This document shows, in pieces, positions 1 through 18,400 of a stretch of 64,000 nucleotides of DNA. A program made the position numbers and the translations under genes. How positions within the stretch are numbered: position 1 is the stretch's first letter; each line of letters begins with the position of its first letter. Source of the stretch: Macrostomum lignano (taxonomy: Eukaryota). The notes beneath the pieces were generated by a model. The model searched no databases and was not told where the DNA came from. It worked only from the letters and a program-made list of their open reading frames with translations. The stretch covers positions 556,771 to 620,770 of the forward strand of contig NIVC01000415.1 in NCBI GenBank assembly GCA_002269645.1. The letters are read 5' to 3'.

Positions 1-370
1 ACAATCGCAGATACTGTAGCAAGCATCCTCTAATGCTCATAGCAAGAATCACCACAGATAGCAAGCATCTGCAGATTAGCAAGCACCCCCCAGATATTAT
101 AGAAGCATCCACCCAGATAGCAAGCATCCACCCAGATAGCAAGCATTCTATAGATAGCAAGAACCCCCCAGATATTATAGAAGCATCCACCTAGATAGCA
201 AGCATCCTGCAGATAGCAAGAATCCCTAAATAGCAAGCATCCTGCAGATAGCAAGAATCCCTAAATAGCAAGCATCCCTGGATAGAAAGAATCCCATGCA
301 TGTAGCCAGTACCCCCTCTCCCAAATAGCAAGTATCCCCCCTCAAGAGCAAGCATCCACGAGACAGCAAG
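1..370. repeat. Degenerate GATAGCAAGCA(T/C)CC-type tandem repeat inside the Helitron (second copy ~8960-9360)
   Basis: Recurrent gatagcaagc motif with variable spacers. Confidence 0.85.
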
Positions 371-595
371 TAGCTAGTGCAAATGTTACTTCCGCTAATG
401 CAATAATCGCTTTCTCAGGTTGTGCAACAATCCACGTCTCAGCGAGCGCAATAATCTCTTTTTTAGACAGCGCAGTAATCAGCTTCTCAGCTAGTGCAAT
501 AATCCTTGGTTTATTAATAGCAATAATCCTTGATTAATCAAGTGCAATAATCCTTGGTTTATCAAGTGCAATAATCCTTGGTTTATCAAGTGCAG

Positions 596-609
596 TAATC
601 TTTGGCTTA
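596..609 (+). repeat. Left target-site duplication of the LINE (TAATCTTTGGCTTA)
   Basis: Identical 14-mer at 5988-6001; single copy at the empty site 9583-9596. Confidence 0.92.
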
Positions 610-698
610 CTTACTTACTTACTACTGACGGGGGGCGCAGGCGCCGCGAATAGGCCGCGAGGCCCCTATCGCAACCCCAAGGTAAAAGAGCACAAGGA

Positions 699-5783
<5,085 letters not shown>

Positions 5784-5987
5784 TTAGCCAGCAGCCAACT
5801 ACTTAGCAGCCACCTGCCCCGCAAAAAAGCAGCAGGGGGGATCCGTCCCCCACCAGCAGACCAAGACGAGGAAGCTAGCCGCTTCCACGCCAGGCCAGAA
5901 CGAAAAGGAGGGGGAAGAGCCTCCTCGAAAAACGAAAAGCTGGCGGATGTCACAGAGTCCCTCGGTTTAAGTTGCCGTTTGCCCCCC

Positions 5988-7070
5988 TAATCTTTGGCTT
6001 ATCAAGTGCAATAATCCTTGGTTTATCAAGTGCAATAATCCTTTGTTTATCAAGTGCAATAATCCTTGGTTTATCAAGTGCAATAGTCCTTTGTTTATCG
6101 AGTGCAGTAATCCTTAGTTTTCCAAGTGCAGTAATCCTTGGTTTATTAAGAGCAATAATCCTTGGCTTATCGAGTGCAGTAATCCTTGGTTTGCCAAGAG
6201 CAATAATCCTTGGTTTATCGAGTGCAGTAATCCTTAGTTTTCCAAGTGCAGTAATCCTTGGTTTATTAAGAGCAATAATCCTTGGCTTATCGAGTGCAGT
6301 AGTCCTTGGTTTATTAATAGCAATAATCCTTGAATAATCCAGTGCATTAATCCTTGGCTTATCAAGTGCAACATTCTTTACTATCAAGTGCAATAATCCA
6401 TGGCTTATCAAGCGCTGTAATCCTTGGCTTATCAAGTGCAATAATCCTTGGTTTATCAAGTGCAATAATCCTTGGTTTATCAAGTGCAATAATCCTTTGT
6501 TTATCAAGTGCAATAATCCTTGGTTTATCAAGCGCAGTAATCCTTGGCTTATCAAGTGCAGTAATCCTTGGTTTATCAAGTGCAATAATCCTTGGTTTAT
6601 CAAGCGCAGTAATCCTTGGCTTATCAAGTGCAGTAATCCTTGGTTTATCAAGTGCAATAATCCTTGGTTTATCAAGCGCAGTAATCTTTGGCCTATCAAG
6701 TGCAATAATCCTTGGTTTATCAAGTGCAGTAATCCTTGGCCTATCAAGTGCAATAATCCTTGGTTTATCAAGTGCAATAGTCCTTGGTTTATCGAGTGCA
6801 GTAATCCTTGGTTTTCCAAGTGCAATAATCCTTGGCTTCTTGAGTGCAGTAATCCTTGGTTTGCCAAGAGCAATAGTCCTTGGTTTATCGAGTGCAGTAA
6901 TCCTTGGTTTTCCAAGTGCAATAATCCTTGGTTTATTAATAGCAATAATCCTTGGCTTCTTGAGTGCAGTAATCCTTGGTTTGCCAAGAGCAATAGTCCT
7001 TGGTTTATCAAGTGCAGTAGTCCTTGGTTTATTAATAGCAATAATCCTTGGCTTATCGAGTGCAGTAATC
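5988..7070. repeat. 24-bp minisatellite ATAATCCTTGGTTTATCAAGTGCA inside the Helitron (also ~505-609 and ~9480-10665)
   Basis: 8-aa periodicity of the spurious ORFs (LLHLINQG). Confidence 0.97.
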
Positions 7071-7142
7071 TAAGTGTTTTTATTTAGTCCTTTAATAAAA
7101 CCTTTTAATAAAAAATTTTACACTACTACTTTTAAACTACTT

Positions 7143-7202
7143 AGATTCGAACCTAGGTCGCTGCATTAGCAGTCTGGTCTGTTCAGCTCTAGGCTAGCTC
7201 TC
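7143..7202 (-). other. Degenerate tRNA-derived (SINE-head-like) segment inside the Helitron; second copy 10738-10797
   Basis: Minus strand reads TAGCCTAGAG (A-box-like)...GACTGCTAATGCAG (GCT anticodon loop-like)...GGTTCGAATCT (B-box). No intact acceptor stem. Confidence 0.45.
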
Positions 7203-7686
7203 ATCGAAGTTATCAGTGATGTTGTACCACTTATATAATTCAACACTCACACCAAGTCAGGTAGAGTAAAAAGTCTCACGAAGCAGTTATGACATAATCA
7301 ATTTCTTAGGCAAGTCAGTACCAGTGTCTATGAAAGTTTACAATATGGTTACGTAATATAAATTCAGTACTGCGCTATGCTTTCACACTCAAAGCTGTGA
7401 CGCAATTCAATTGAGTGTCAAATTCAGCCAGTACACAGACGATAAATAAAGTGTATTGTGATGCAATCTATTTTAGAATCAGAATTCAACCAGTCAGTTT
7501 TTCTGCTAGCATTCTTACAATGCATTTCGATGCTTGACCTTTGCAAAAAAGCATGTTTTTCGAATATTTAATCCCTTTAGCATCGAGAAATTTCTTAGCC
7601 ACGATGCATGTACCGTCACGGAAAAATTTCTGATCGAATGGTGCAAGTTCGAAGAAAATCGGTTGAGCCATTTTTGCTAAAATCGA

Positions 7687-7724
<38 letters not shown>

Positions 7725-7753
7725 CGACAGACCATTTTTAGTATATGGATGGA

Positions 7754-8718
7754 CTACCTAATGAGTTTAGGTTAAACTACCTAATGAGTTTAGGTTACAC
7801 TACCTAATGAGTTTAGGTTACACAACCTAATGAGTTTAGGTTAAACTACCTAATGAGTTTAGGTTAAACTGTCTAATGAGTTTAGGTTACACTACCTAAT
7901 GAGTTTAGGTTAAACTGTCTAATGAGTTTAGGTTACACTACCTAATGAGTTTAGGTTAAACTACCTAATGAGTTTAGGTTAAACTACCTAATGAGTTTAG
8001 GTTAAACTACCTAATGAGTTTAGGTTAAACTGTCTAATGAGTTTAGGTTACACTACCTAATGAGTTTAGGTTAAACTGTCTAATGAGTTTAGGTTACACT
8101 ACCTAATGAGTTTAGGTTAAACTACCTAATCAGTTTAGGTTAAACTACCTAATGAGTTTAGGTTAAACTACCTAATGAGTTTAGGTTAAACTGTCTAATG
8201 AGTTTAGGTTACACTACCTAATGAGTTTAGGTTAAACTATCTAATGAGTTTAGGTTACACTACCTAATGAGTTTAGGTTAAAATGTCTAATGAGTTTAGG
8301 TTACACTACCTAATGAGTTTAGGTTAAACTATCTAATGAGTTTAGGTTACACTACCTAATGAGTTTAGGTTAAAATGTCTAATGAGTTTAGGTTACACTA
8401 CCTAATGAGTTTAGGTTAAACTATCTAATGAGTTTAGGTTACACTACCTAATGAGTTTAGGTTAAACTATCTAATGAGTTTAGGTTACACTACCTAATGA
8501 GTTTAGGTTACACTACCTAATGAGTTTAGGTTAAACTGTCTAATGAGTTTAGGTTACACTACCTAATGAGTTTAGGTTACACTACCTAATGAGTTTAGGT
8601 TACACTACCTAATGAGTTTAGGTTAAACTGTCTAATGAGTTTAGGTTACACTACCTAATGAGTTTGGTTAAACTGTCTAATGAGTTTAGGTTAAACTACC
8701 TAATGAGTTTAGGTTAAA
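7754..8718. repeat. 23-bp minisatellite CTACCTAATGAGTTTAGGTTAAA (continues at 11347-~12390)
   Basis: ~42 units. The order of variant units matches the start of the 11347 array. Confidence 0.97.
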
Positions 8719-11281
8719 CTAGCAATCTAGTGCGGCCCCCTTCGGGGCGCCCAATAAGAAAGGAGCAAAAATAGTTCATGGAAAACAATAAAAAAACACA
8801 TTTTCTTAAACACTAATTCCTTCTTCACATTTTAAAAATCACCTTATTCGTGTAAAATTGTCACGGACTAAGATGTTTGCAAAATAAAAAAATCACTTTT
8901 TCTCTAAAATTAACAAACAGTCAACAAAATATCGTTTCCCTAAATAGAAAATATTCCCAAGATAGCAAGCAACCCCCTCCAAAAGTGAACAATCGCAGAT
9001 ACTGTAGCAAGCATCCTCTAATGCTCATAGCAAGAATCACCACAGATAGCAAGCATCTGCAGATTAGCAAGCACCCCCCAGATATTATAGAAGCATCCAC
9101 CCAGATAGCAAGCATCCACCCAGATAGCAAGCATTCTATAGATAGCAAGCACCCCCCAGATATTATAGAAGCATCCACCTAGATAGCAAGCATCCTGCAG
9201 ATAGCAAGAATCCCTAAATAGCAAGCATCCTGCAGATAGCAAGAATCCCTAAATAGCAAGCATCCCTGGATAGAAAGAATCCCATGCATGTAGCCAGTAC
9301 CCCCTCTCCCAAATAGCAAGTATCCCCCTCAAGAGCAAGCATCCACGAGACAGCAAGTAGCTAGTGCAAATGTTACTTCCGCTAATGCAATAATCGCTTT
9401 CTCAGGTTGTGCAACAATCCACGTCTCAGCGAGCGCAATAATCTCTTTTTTAGACAGCGCAGTAATCAGCTTCTCAGCTAGTGCAATAATCCTTGGTTTA
9501 TTAATAGCAATAATCCTTGATTAATCAAGTGCAATAATCCTTGGTTTATCAAGTGCAATAATCCTTGGTTTATCAAGTGCAGTAATCTTTGGCTTATCAA
9601 GTGCAATAATCCTTGGTTTATCAAGTGCAATAATCCTTTGTTTATCAAGTGCAATAATCCTTGGTTTATCAAGTGCAATAGTCCTTTGTTTATCGAGTGC
9701 AGTAATCCTTAGTTTTCCAAGTGCAGTAATCCTTGGTTTATTAAGAGCAATAATCCTTGGCTTATCGAGTGCAGTAATCCTTGGTTTGCCAAGAGCAATA
9801 ATCCTTGGTTTATCGAGTGCAGTAATCCTTAGTTTTCCAAGTGCAGTAATCCTTGGTTTATTAAGAGCAATAATCCTTGGCTTATCGAGTGCAGTAGTCC
9901 TTGGTTTATTAATAGCAATAATCCTTGAATAATCCAGTGCATTAATCCTTGGCTTATCAAGTGCAACATTCTTTACTATCAAGTGCAATAATCCATGGCT
10001 TATCAAGCGCTGTAATCCTTGGCTTATCAAGTGCAATAATCCTTGGTTTATCAAGTGCAATAATCCTTGGTTTATCAAGTGCAATAATCCTTTGTTTATC
10101 AAGTGCAATAATCCTTGGTTTATCAAGCGCAGTAATCCTTGGCTTATCAAGTGCAGTAATCCTTGGTTTATCAAGTGCAATAATCCTTGGTTTATCAAGC
10201 GCAGTAATCCTTGGCTTATCAAGTGCAGTAATCCTTGGTTTATCAAGTGCAATAATCCTTGGTTTATCAAGCGCAGTAATCTTTGGCCTATCAAGTGCAA
10301 TAATCCTTGGTTTATCAAGTGCAGTAATCCTTGGCCTATCAAGTGCAATAATCCTTGGTTTATCAAGTGCAATAGTCCTTGGTTTATCGAGTGCAGTAAT
10401 CCTTGGTTTTCCAAGTGCAATAATCCTTGGCTTCTTGAGTGCAGTAATCCTTGGTTTGCCAAGAGCAATAGTCCTTGGTTTATCGAGTGCAGTAATCCTT
10501 GGTTTTCCAAGTGCAATAATCCTTGGTTTATTAATAGCAATAATCCTTGGCTTCTTGAGTGCAGTAATCCTTGGTTTGCCAAGAGCAATAGTCCTTGGTT
10601 TATCAAGTGCAGTAGTCCTTGGTTTATTAATAGCAATAATCCTTGGCTTATCGAGTGCAGTAATCTAAGTGTTTTTATTTAGTCCTTTAATAAAACCTTT
10701 TAATAAAAAATTTTACACTACTACTTTTAAACTACTTAGATTCGAACCTAGGTCGCTGCATTAGCAGTCTGGTCTGTTCAGCTCTAGGCTAGCTCTCATC
10801 GAAGTTATCAGTGATGTTGTACCACTTATATAATTCAACACTCACACCAAGTCAGGTAGAGTAAAAAGTCTCACGAAGCAGTTATGACATAATCAATTTC
10901 TTAGGCAAGTCAGTACCAGTGTCTATGAAAGTTTACAATATGGTTACGTAATATAAATTCAGTACTGCGCTATGCTTTCACACTCAAAGCTGTGACGCAA
11001 TTCAATTGAGTGTCAAATTCAGCCAGTACACAGACGATAAATAAAGTGTATTGTGATGCAATCTATTTTAGAATCAGAATTCAACCAGTCAGTTTTTCTG
11101 CTAGCATTCTTACAATGCATTTCGATGCTTGACCTTTGCAAAAAAGCATGTTTTTCGAATATTTAATCCCTTTAGCATCGAGAAATTTCTTAGCCACGAT
11201 GCATGTACCGTCACGGAAAAATTTCTGATCGAATGGTGCAAGTTCGAAGAAAATCGGTTGAGCCATTTTTGCTAAAATCGA

Positions 11282-11317
<36 letters not shown>

Positions 11318-11346
11318 CGACAGACCATTTTTAGTATATGGATGGA
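8719..11346 (-). mobile_element. Non-autonomous Helitron-like element, copy B, complete (2628 bp)
   Basis: 5' TC start, (TG)n tract and GGCTCAACCGATTTT core. 3' GCGCCCCGAAGGGGGCCGC hairpin then ACTAGATTGCTAG followed by T. No TSD and no Rep/helicase ORF. Inserted inside the 23-bp minisatellite. Confidence 0.72.
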
Positions 11347-12413
11347 CTACCTAATGAGTTTAGGTTAAACTACCTAATGAGTTTAGGTTACACTACCTAA
11401 TGAGTTTAGGTTACACAACCTAATGAGTTTAGGTTAAACTACCTAATGAGTTTAGGTTAAACTGTCTAATGAGTTTAGGTTACACTACCTAATGAGTTTA
11501 GGTTAAACTGTCTAATGAGTTTAGGTTACACTACCTAATGAGTTTAGGTTAAACTACCTAATGAGTTTAGGTTAAACTACCTAATGAGTTTAGGTTAAAC
11601 TACCTAATGAGTTTAGGTTAAACTGTCTAATGAGTTTAGGTTACACTACCTAATGAGTTTAGGTTAAACTGTCTAATGAGTTTAGGTTACACTACCTAAT
11701 GAGTTTAGGTTAAACTACCTAATCAGTTTAGGTTAAACTACCTAATGAGTTTAGGTTAAACTACCTAATGAGTTTAGGTTAAACTGTCTAATGAGTTTAG
11801 GTTACACTACCTAATGAGTTTAGGTTAAACTATCTAATGAGTTTAGGTTACACTACCTAATGAGTTTAGGTTAAAATGTCTAATGAGTTTAGGTTACACT
11901 ACCTAATGAGTTTAGGTTAAACTATCTAATGAGTTTAGGTTACACTACCTAATGAGTTTAGGTTAAACTGTCTAATGAGTTTAGGTTACACTACCTAATG
12001 AGTTTGGTTAAACTGTCTAATGAGTTTAGGTTAAACTACCTAATGAGTTTAGGTTAAACTACCTAATGAGTTTAGGTTAAACTACCTAATGAGTTTAGGT
12101 TACACTACCTAATGAGTTTAGGTTACACTACCTAATGAGTTTAGGTTACACTACCTAATGAGTTTAGGTTAAACTGTCTAATGAGTTTAGGTTACACTAC
12201 CTAATGAGTTTAGGTTAAACTACCTAATGAATTTAGGTTAAACTACCTAATGAGTTTAGGTTAAACTACCTAATGAGTTTAGGTTAAACTGTCTAATGAG
12301 TTTAGGTTACACTACCTAATGAGTTCAGGTTAAACTACCTAATGAGTGTAGGTTAGCGATCTAATGAGTTCAGGTTAAACCATCTAATAAGTTCACCAAT
12401 TAACCCAAAACAG

Positions 12414-15400
12414 GTGCGCGATCACTTCGATCAGCTGGATCGCAGAATCACCGCCGTGTCGCACAAGGCCGGTCACCTTGGCGACCAGCTGGAGTCGGCC
12501 AACGGGCCAAGAGAGCGGCTAGCCGAGATGGAGCTGCTAGTGAGGCACCTGCACGAGTTCTGCTTGGAGTCGCGCACTTCGTTCGAGTTGACGCATGGCT
12601 CGCCCAAGGTAATATATTCATTTGGAATACCCGTTGTTAGTATGAATCTTCAGGGGATGCCACATTGACCCCCCCCCCCATTCTTCAGGGGATGCCGCAT
12701 TGAACCCCCATTCTTCAGGGGATGCCGCATTGACCCCTCATTCTTCAGGGGATGCCGCATTGACCCCTCATTCTTCAGGGGACGCCGCATTGACCCCCCA
12801 TTCTTCAGGGGATGCCGCATTGAACCCTCATTCTTCAGGGGATGCCGCATTGAACCCCCATTTTTCAGGGGATGCCGCATTGAACCCCCATTCTTCAGGG
12901 GATGCCGCATTGAACCCTCATTCTTCAGGGGATGCCGCATTGACCCCTCATTCTTCAGGGGACGCCGCATTGACCCCCCATTCTTCAGGGGATGCCGCAT
13001 TGAACCAGCCCCATTCTTCAGGGGATGCCGCATTGAACCAGCCCCATTCTTCAGGGGATGCCGCACTGACCCTCCCCCATTCTTCAGGGGATGCCGCATT
13101 GACCCCTCATTCTTCAGGGGATGCCGCATTGAACCCTCATTCTTTAGGGGATGCCGCATTGAACCCTCATTCTTCAGGGGATGCCGCATTGACCCCCCCC
13201 ATTCTTCAAAGGATGCCGCATTGAACCAGCCCCATTCTTCAGGGGATGCCGCATTGAACCCTCATTCTTCAGGGGATGCCGCATTGACCCCTCATTCTTC
13301 AGGGGATGCCGCATTGACCCCTCATTCTTCAGGGGATGCCGCATTGAACCCTCATTCTTCAGGGGATGCCGCATTGAACCCTCATTCTTCAGGGGATGCC
13401 GCATTGACCCCTCATTCTTCAGGGGATGCCGCATTGACCCCCCATTCTTCAGGGGATGCCGCATTGACCCCCCCCCCATTCTTCTGGGGATGCCGCATTG
13501 AACTCACATTCTTCAGGGGATGCCGCACTGACCCCCCCCATTCTTCAGGGGATGCCGCATTGACCCCCCCATTCTTCAAGGGATTCCGCATTGACCCCCC
13601 CCCCATTCTTCAGGGGATGCCACATTGACTCCCCATTCTTCAAGGGATGCCGCATTGACCCCCCCCCATTCTTCAGGGGATGCCGCATTGACCCCCCATT
13701 CTTCAGGGGATGCCGCATTGACCCCCCCCCATTCTTCAAGGGATGCCGCATTGACCCCCCCATTCTTCAGGGGATGCCGCATTAAACCCCCATTCTTCGG
13801 GTAATGCCGCATTAAACCCTTTACCCCCCACTGATTCTGCAGTGGAAGCTATATAGGTTCTATTCTATAGGTTGTGACCTCGTCAATAATGCCTGAAAGT
13901 TAAGCAGAGTTGGCCGCGGTTAGTACAGAGCTATCTGAATAGGCTTCTGTATGCGTCGGCCCCTAAATTTTTAAATCAAGCCACATGCACTCTGTTCCAG
14001 CTTGCTGAGACCGCAGCCACCATTCAGAAGCTGTACCAGATCTGCTCAGAGTTTCCTGACACTGACGAATTCCTCAAGACTAAGCAGCGAATTATTGGTA
14101 GGATATTTTTTGTTGCCACATTTGCACTCAATTTTATCATCTACCATTCTGTATCGTTTGACATCATAAGTATGGCCTGACATCATAAGTATGACCTGAC
14201 ATCATCAGTATGACCTGACATCATCAGTATCACCTGACATCATCAGCATCACCTGACATCATCAGCATCATCTGACATCATCAGCATCATCTGACATCAT
14301 CAGCATCACCTGACATCATCAGTATCATCTGACATTATCAGCATCACCTGACATCATCAGCATCACCTGACATCATCAGTATCATCTGACATCATCAGCA
14401 TCACCTGACATCATCAGCATCACCTGACATCATCAGCATCACCTGACATCATCAGCATCACCTGACATCATCAGTATGATCTGACATCATTAGCATCACC
14501 TGACATCATCAGTATCATCTGACATCATCAGCATCACCTGACATCATCAGTATCATCTGACATCATCAGCATCACCTGACATCATCAGTATGATCTGACA
14601 TCATCAGCATCACCTGACATCATCAGCATCACCTGACATCATCAGCATCACCTGACATCATCAGCATCACCTGACATCATCAGTATGATCTGACATCATT
14701 AGCATCACCTGACATCATCAGTATCATCTGACATCATCAGCATCACCTGACATCATCAGTATCATCTGACATCATCAGCATCACCTGACATCATCAGTAT
14801 GATCTGACATCATCAGCATCACCTGACATCATCAGTATCATCTGACATCATCAGCATCACCTGACATCATCAGCATCACCTGACATCATCAGCATCACCT
14901 GACATCATCAGCATCACCTGACATCATCAGCATCACCTGACATCATCAGCATCACCTGACATCATCAGCATCACCTGACATCATCAGCATCACCTGACAT
15001 CATCAGTATGATCTGACATCATTAGCATCACCTGACATCATCAGCATGATCTAAAATATGCAAGTCTACTACCACAACCTCCCTCGCAAATTGCAGAGCA
15101 ATACAAGAAAGTAGACGAGTTTCTCTACAAAGAATTTGAGTCGGCATTTCTGAGCAAAGACTACAACTACTGCCATCGCCTATCCGTCATTCTTGCCAGC
15201 TTCAAAGCCTATTCAAGATGCACCGAACGATTCGTGACCGAAAGTTTGAAAACTTTGCCATATTTGGACTCGGATGTGCACAGAGAATTGAAGCAGTGCG
15301 TTAGCCGGACTATGGAATCGGCGCGGTTGATCTTTGCTAGTCCGGAACCTGTTATGTGCGATTTTATTCAGGTGGGTTATCAAGATGATTAGTGTAATTA

Positions 15401-18400
15401 GTCAAGTGTAATAAGTTGCTACCTGAAGTGTAATTAGTTGCTACCTGAAGTGTAATTAGTTGCTATCTGAAGTGTAATTAGTTGCTACCTGAAGTGTAAT
15501 TAGTTGCTATCTGAAGTGTAATTAGTTGCTACCTGAAGTGTAATTAGTTGCTACCTGAAGTGTAATTAGTTGCTATCTGGAGTGTAATTAGTTGCTACCT
15601 GAAGTGTAATTAGTTGCTACCTGAAGTGTAATTAGTTGCTACCTGAATAAACGATTACTTGAACCTCACCGCAGCAGCAATTTCTCTCCCTACCTCAATT
15701 ATAACAGGCTATATTCTCCAAACGCCTCAAAGATCTAGTTGCTAACCGATTTCGTCAAGTAGATCCCAACGATCGGACGGCCTATTTGAAAGTGCTCGAG
15801 TCTGTCCATCAAGAGAATCGGCGAGCCTGCGACGACCTGGCCGAATTGCATCTGGGGGTGGACCTCGCCAAGCTGAGCCACACCCTGTTCCTGCCTTACC
15901 TGTCCGGCTACTTCCAAGTGGAACGGGAGAATCTTAACGAACGGTGCCAGATGGTGCTCGATAGGTATTACGAGGAGCAGGGGCATGTGCGACGGAAGGA
16001 GGCGAGTGTTCTGTTGTTTTTGGCACCGACGTATATTGTGACTGATAGTATCTTATCATCTCTGCGATTCTCTCATCATCTCTCCCGGTTTTCTCATCAT
16101 CTCTCTCGATTCTCTCATCATTCTCGATTCTCTCATCATCTCTCCCGGTTTTCTCATAATCTCTCTCGATTCTCTCATCATTCTCGATTCTCTCATCATC
16201 TCTTCGATTCTCTCATCATCTCTTCGATTCTCTCATCATCTCTTCGATTCTCTCATCATCTCTCCCGGTTTTCTCATCATCTCTCTCGATTCTCTCATCA
16301 TCTCTTCGATTCTCTCATCATCTCTTCGATTCTCTCATCATCTCTCCCGGTTTTCTCATCATCTCTCTCGATTCTCTCATCATCTCTTCGATTCTCTCAT
16401 CATCTCTCTCTAGATTCTCTCATCATCTCTCTCTCGATTCTCTCATCATCTCTCTCTCGATTCTCTCATCATCTCTCTCTCGATTCTCTCATCATCTCTC
16501 TCTCGATGCTCTCATCATCTCTCTCTCGATTCTCTCATCATCTCTCTCTCGATTCTCTCATCATCTCTCTCTCGATTCTCTCATCATCTCTCTCTCGATT
16601 CTCTCATCATCTCTCTCTCGATTCTCTCATCATCTCTCTCTCGATTCTCTCATCATCTCTCTCTCGATTCTCTCATCATCTCTCTCTCGATTCTCTCATC
16701 ATCTCTCTCTCGATTCTCTCATTATCTCTCTCTCGATTCTCTCATCATCTCTCTCTCGATTCTCTCATCATCTCTCTCTCGATTCTCTCATCATCTCTCT
16801 CTCGATTCTCTCATCATCTCTCTCTCGATTCTCTCATCATCTCTCTCTCGATTCTCTCATCATCTCTCTCGATTCTCTCATTATCTCTCTCTCGATTCTC
16901 TCATCATCTCTCTCTCGATTCTCTCATCATCTCTCTCTCGATTCTCTCATCATCTCTCTCTCGATTCTCTCCATCATCATCTCTCTCTCGATTCTCTCAT
17001 CATCTCTCTCTCGATTCTCTCATCATCTCTCTCTCGATTCTCTCATCATCTCTCTCTCGATTCTCTCATCATCTCTCTCTTGATTCTCTCATCATCTCTC
17101 TCTCGATTCTCTCCATCATCATCTCTCTCTCGATTCTCTCATCATCTCTCTCTCGATTCTCTCATCATCTCTCTCTCGATTCTCTCATCATCTCTCTCTC
17201 GATTCTCTCATTATCTCTCTCTCGATTCTCTCATCATCTCTCTCTCTCGATTCTCTTATCATCTCTCTCTCGATTCTCTCATCATCTCTCTCTCGATTCT
17301 CTCCATCATCTCTCTCTCGATTCTCTCATCATCTCTCTCTCGATTCTCTCATCATCTCTTCGATTCTCTCATCATCTCTCTCTAGATTCTCTCATCATCT
17401 CTCTCACGATTCTCTCATCATCTCTCTCTCGATTCTCTCCATCATCTCTCTCTCGATTCTCTCATCATCTCTCTCTCGATTCTCTCATCATCTCTTCGAT
17501 TCTCTCATCATCTCTCTCTAGATTCTCTCATCATCTCTCTCACGATTCTCTCATCATCTCTCTCTCGATTCTCTCCATCATCTCTCTCTCGATTCTCTCA
17601 TCATCTCTCTCTCGATTCTCTCATCATCTCTCTCTCTTTCTCGATTCTCTCCATCATCTCTCGATTTTTTTATCTGTCAGAATCTTTCGCGATTCCCTCA
17701 ACATCTCGCGATTTTTTCATCTTCTCTCATCTCTCTCACGATTCTCTCATCTCATAATCTCTCTCGCGATTCTCTTATCTTATCATCTATCTCACGATTA
17801 TCTCATCTCATCATCTCTTATTATTTTATCATCTCTCATAATTCTCTCATTATCTCTCATCGTATCCTGGAATATTCTCATGCCAAATGTCTGATATACT
17901 TATAGTAGTGAGTTCAGAATTTTTAATTATTTTTTTATTGCGCACACAAATGCAGGTGCTGCAACAGCAGCAGGTGGGGCCGCACAACCTGTTGCAGCAC
18001 ATTTTCTCCGGCGCGTCCGAAGAGCAGGGCGCCGGCCGGGTTCTGCTCTGCGGCCTGTCAGTCGCTAACATCGTTGCCGAAGTGTCTCAGAGCTGCTCGC
18101 GTTGCAGGCATCTGTCACAGAGCTCCGAGTTCTTCCAACGGGCCAAAGAGCTGGCCGACATATTCTTTAGGTACATCTACGATGAGCACGTGACCTATGG
18201 ACTGCGCTTGGCGGCTCTGGGCCTGCCTCAGACTGATGAAGTTGCTCAGAGGCCGAATCTCAGCTTCTTAGAAGCTGTTCGCGAAGCCAATATGATTTTT
18301 CATCTGTGCGAGAGCAAGTACTCCGAGATCTTGGCGCCGGCGCTTAAATCCGCGCCTGGTGGCGCTTCGCCACAGCTTGCTCAGGTTGGTGCAGCTTGTG

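Noticed and set aside
7200-7680. Missing 5' EXOC5 exons inside the duplicated unit
   Set aside because: No frame resembling the Sec10 N-terminus was seen; the region is Helitron interior.
7754-8718. Telomeric repeat (TTAGG inside the unit); also GGGTTAG at 33.8 kb
   Set aside because: The motif occurs once per 21-23-bp unit, not as contiguous telomeric repeats.
15786-17894. 702-aa ORF as a single protein
   Set aside because: Only 15708-16001 is EXOC5 exon; the rest is read-through into a CT-rich minisatellite.
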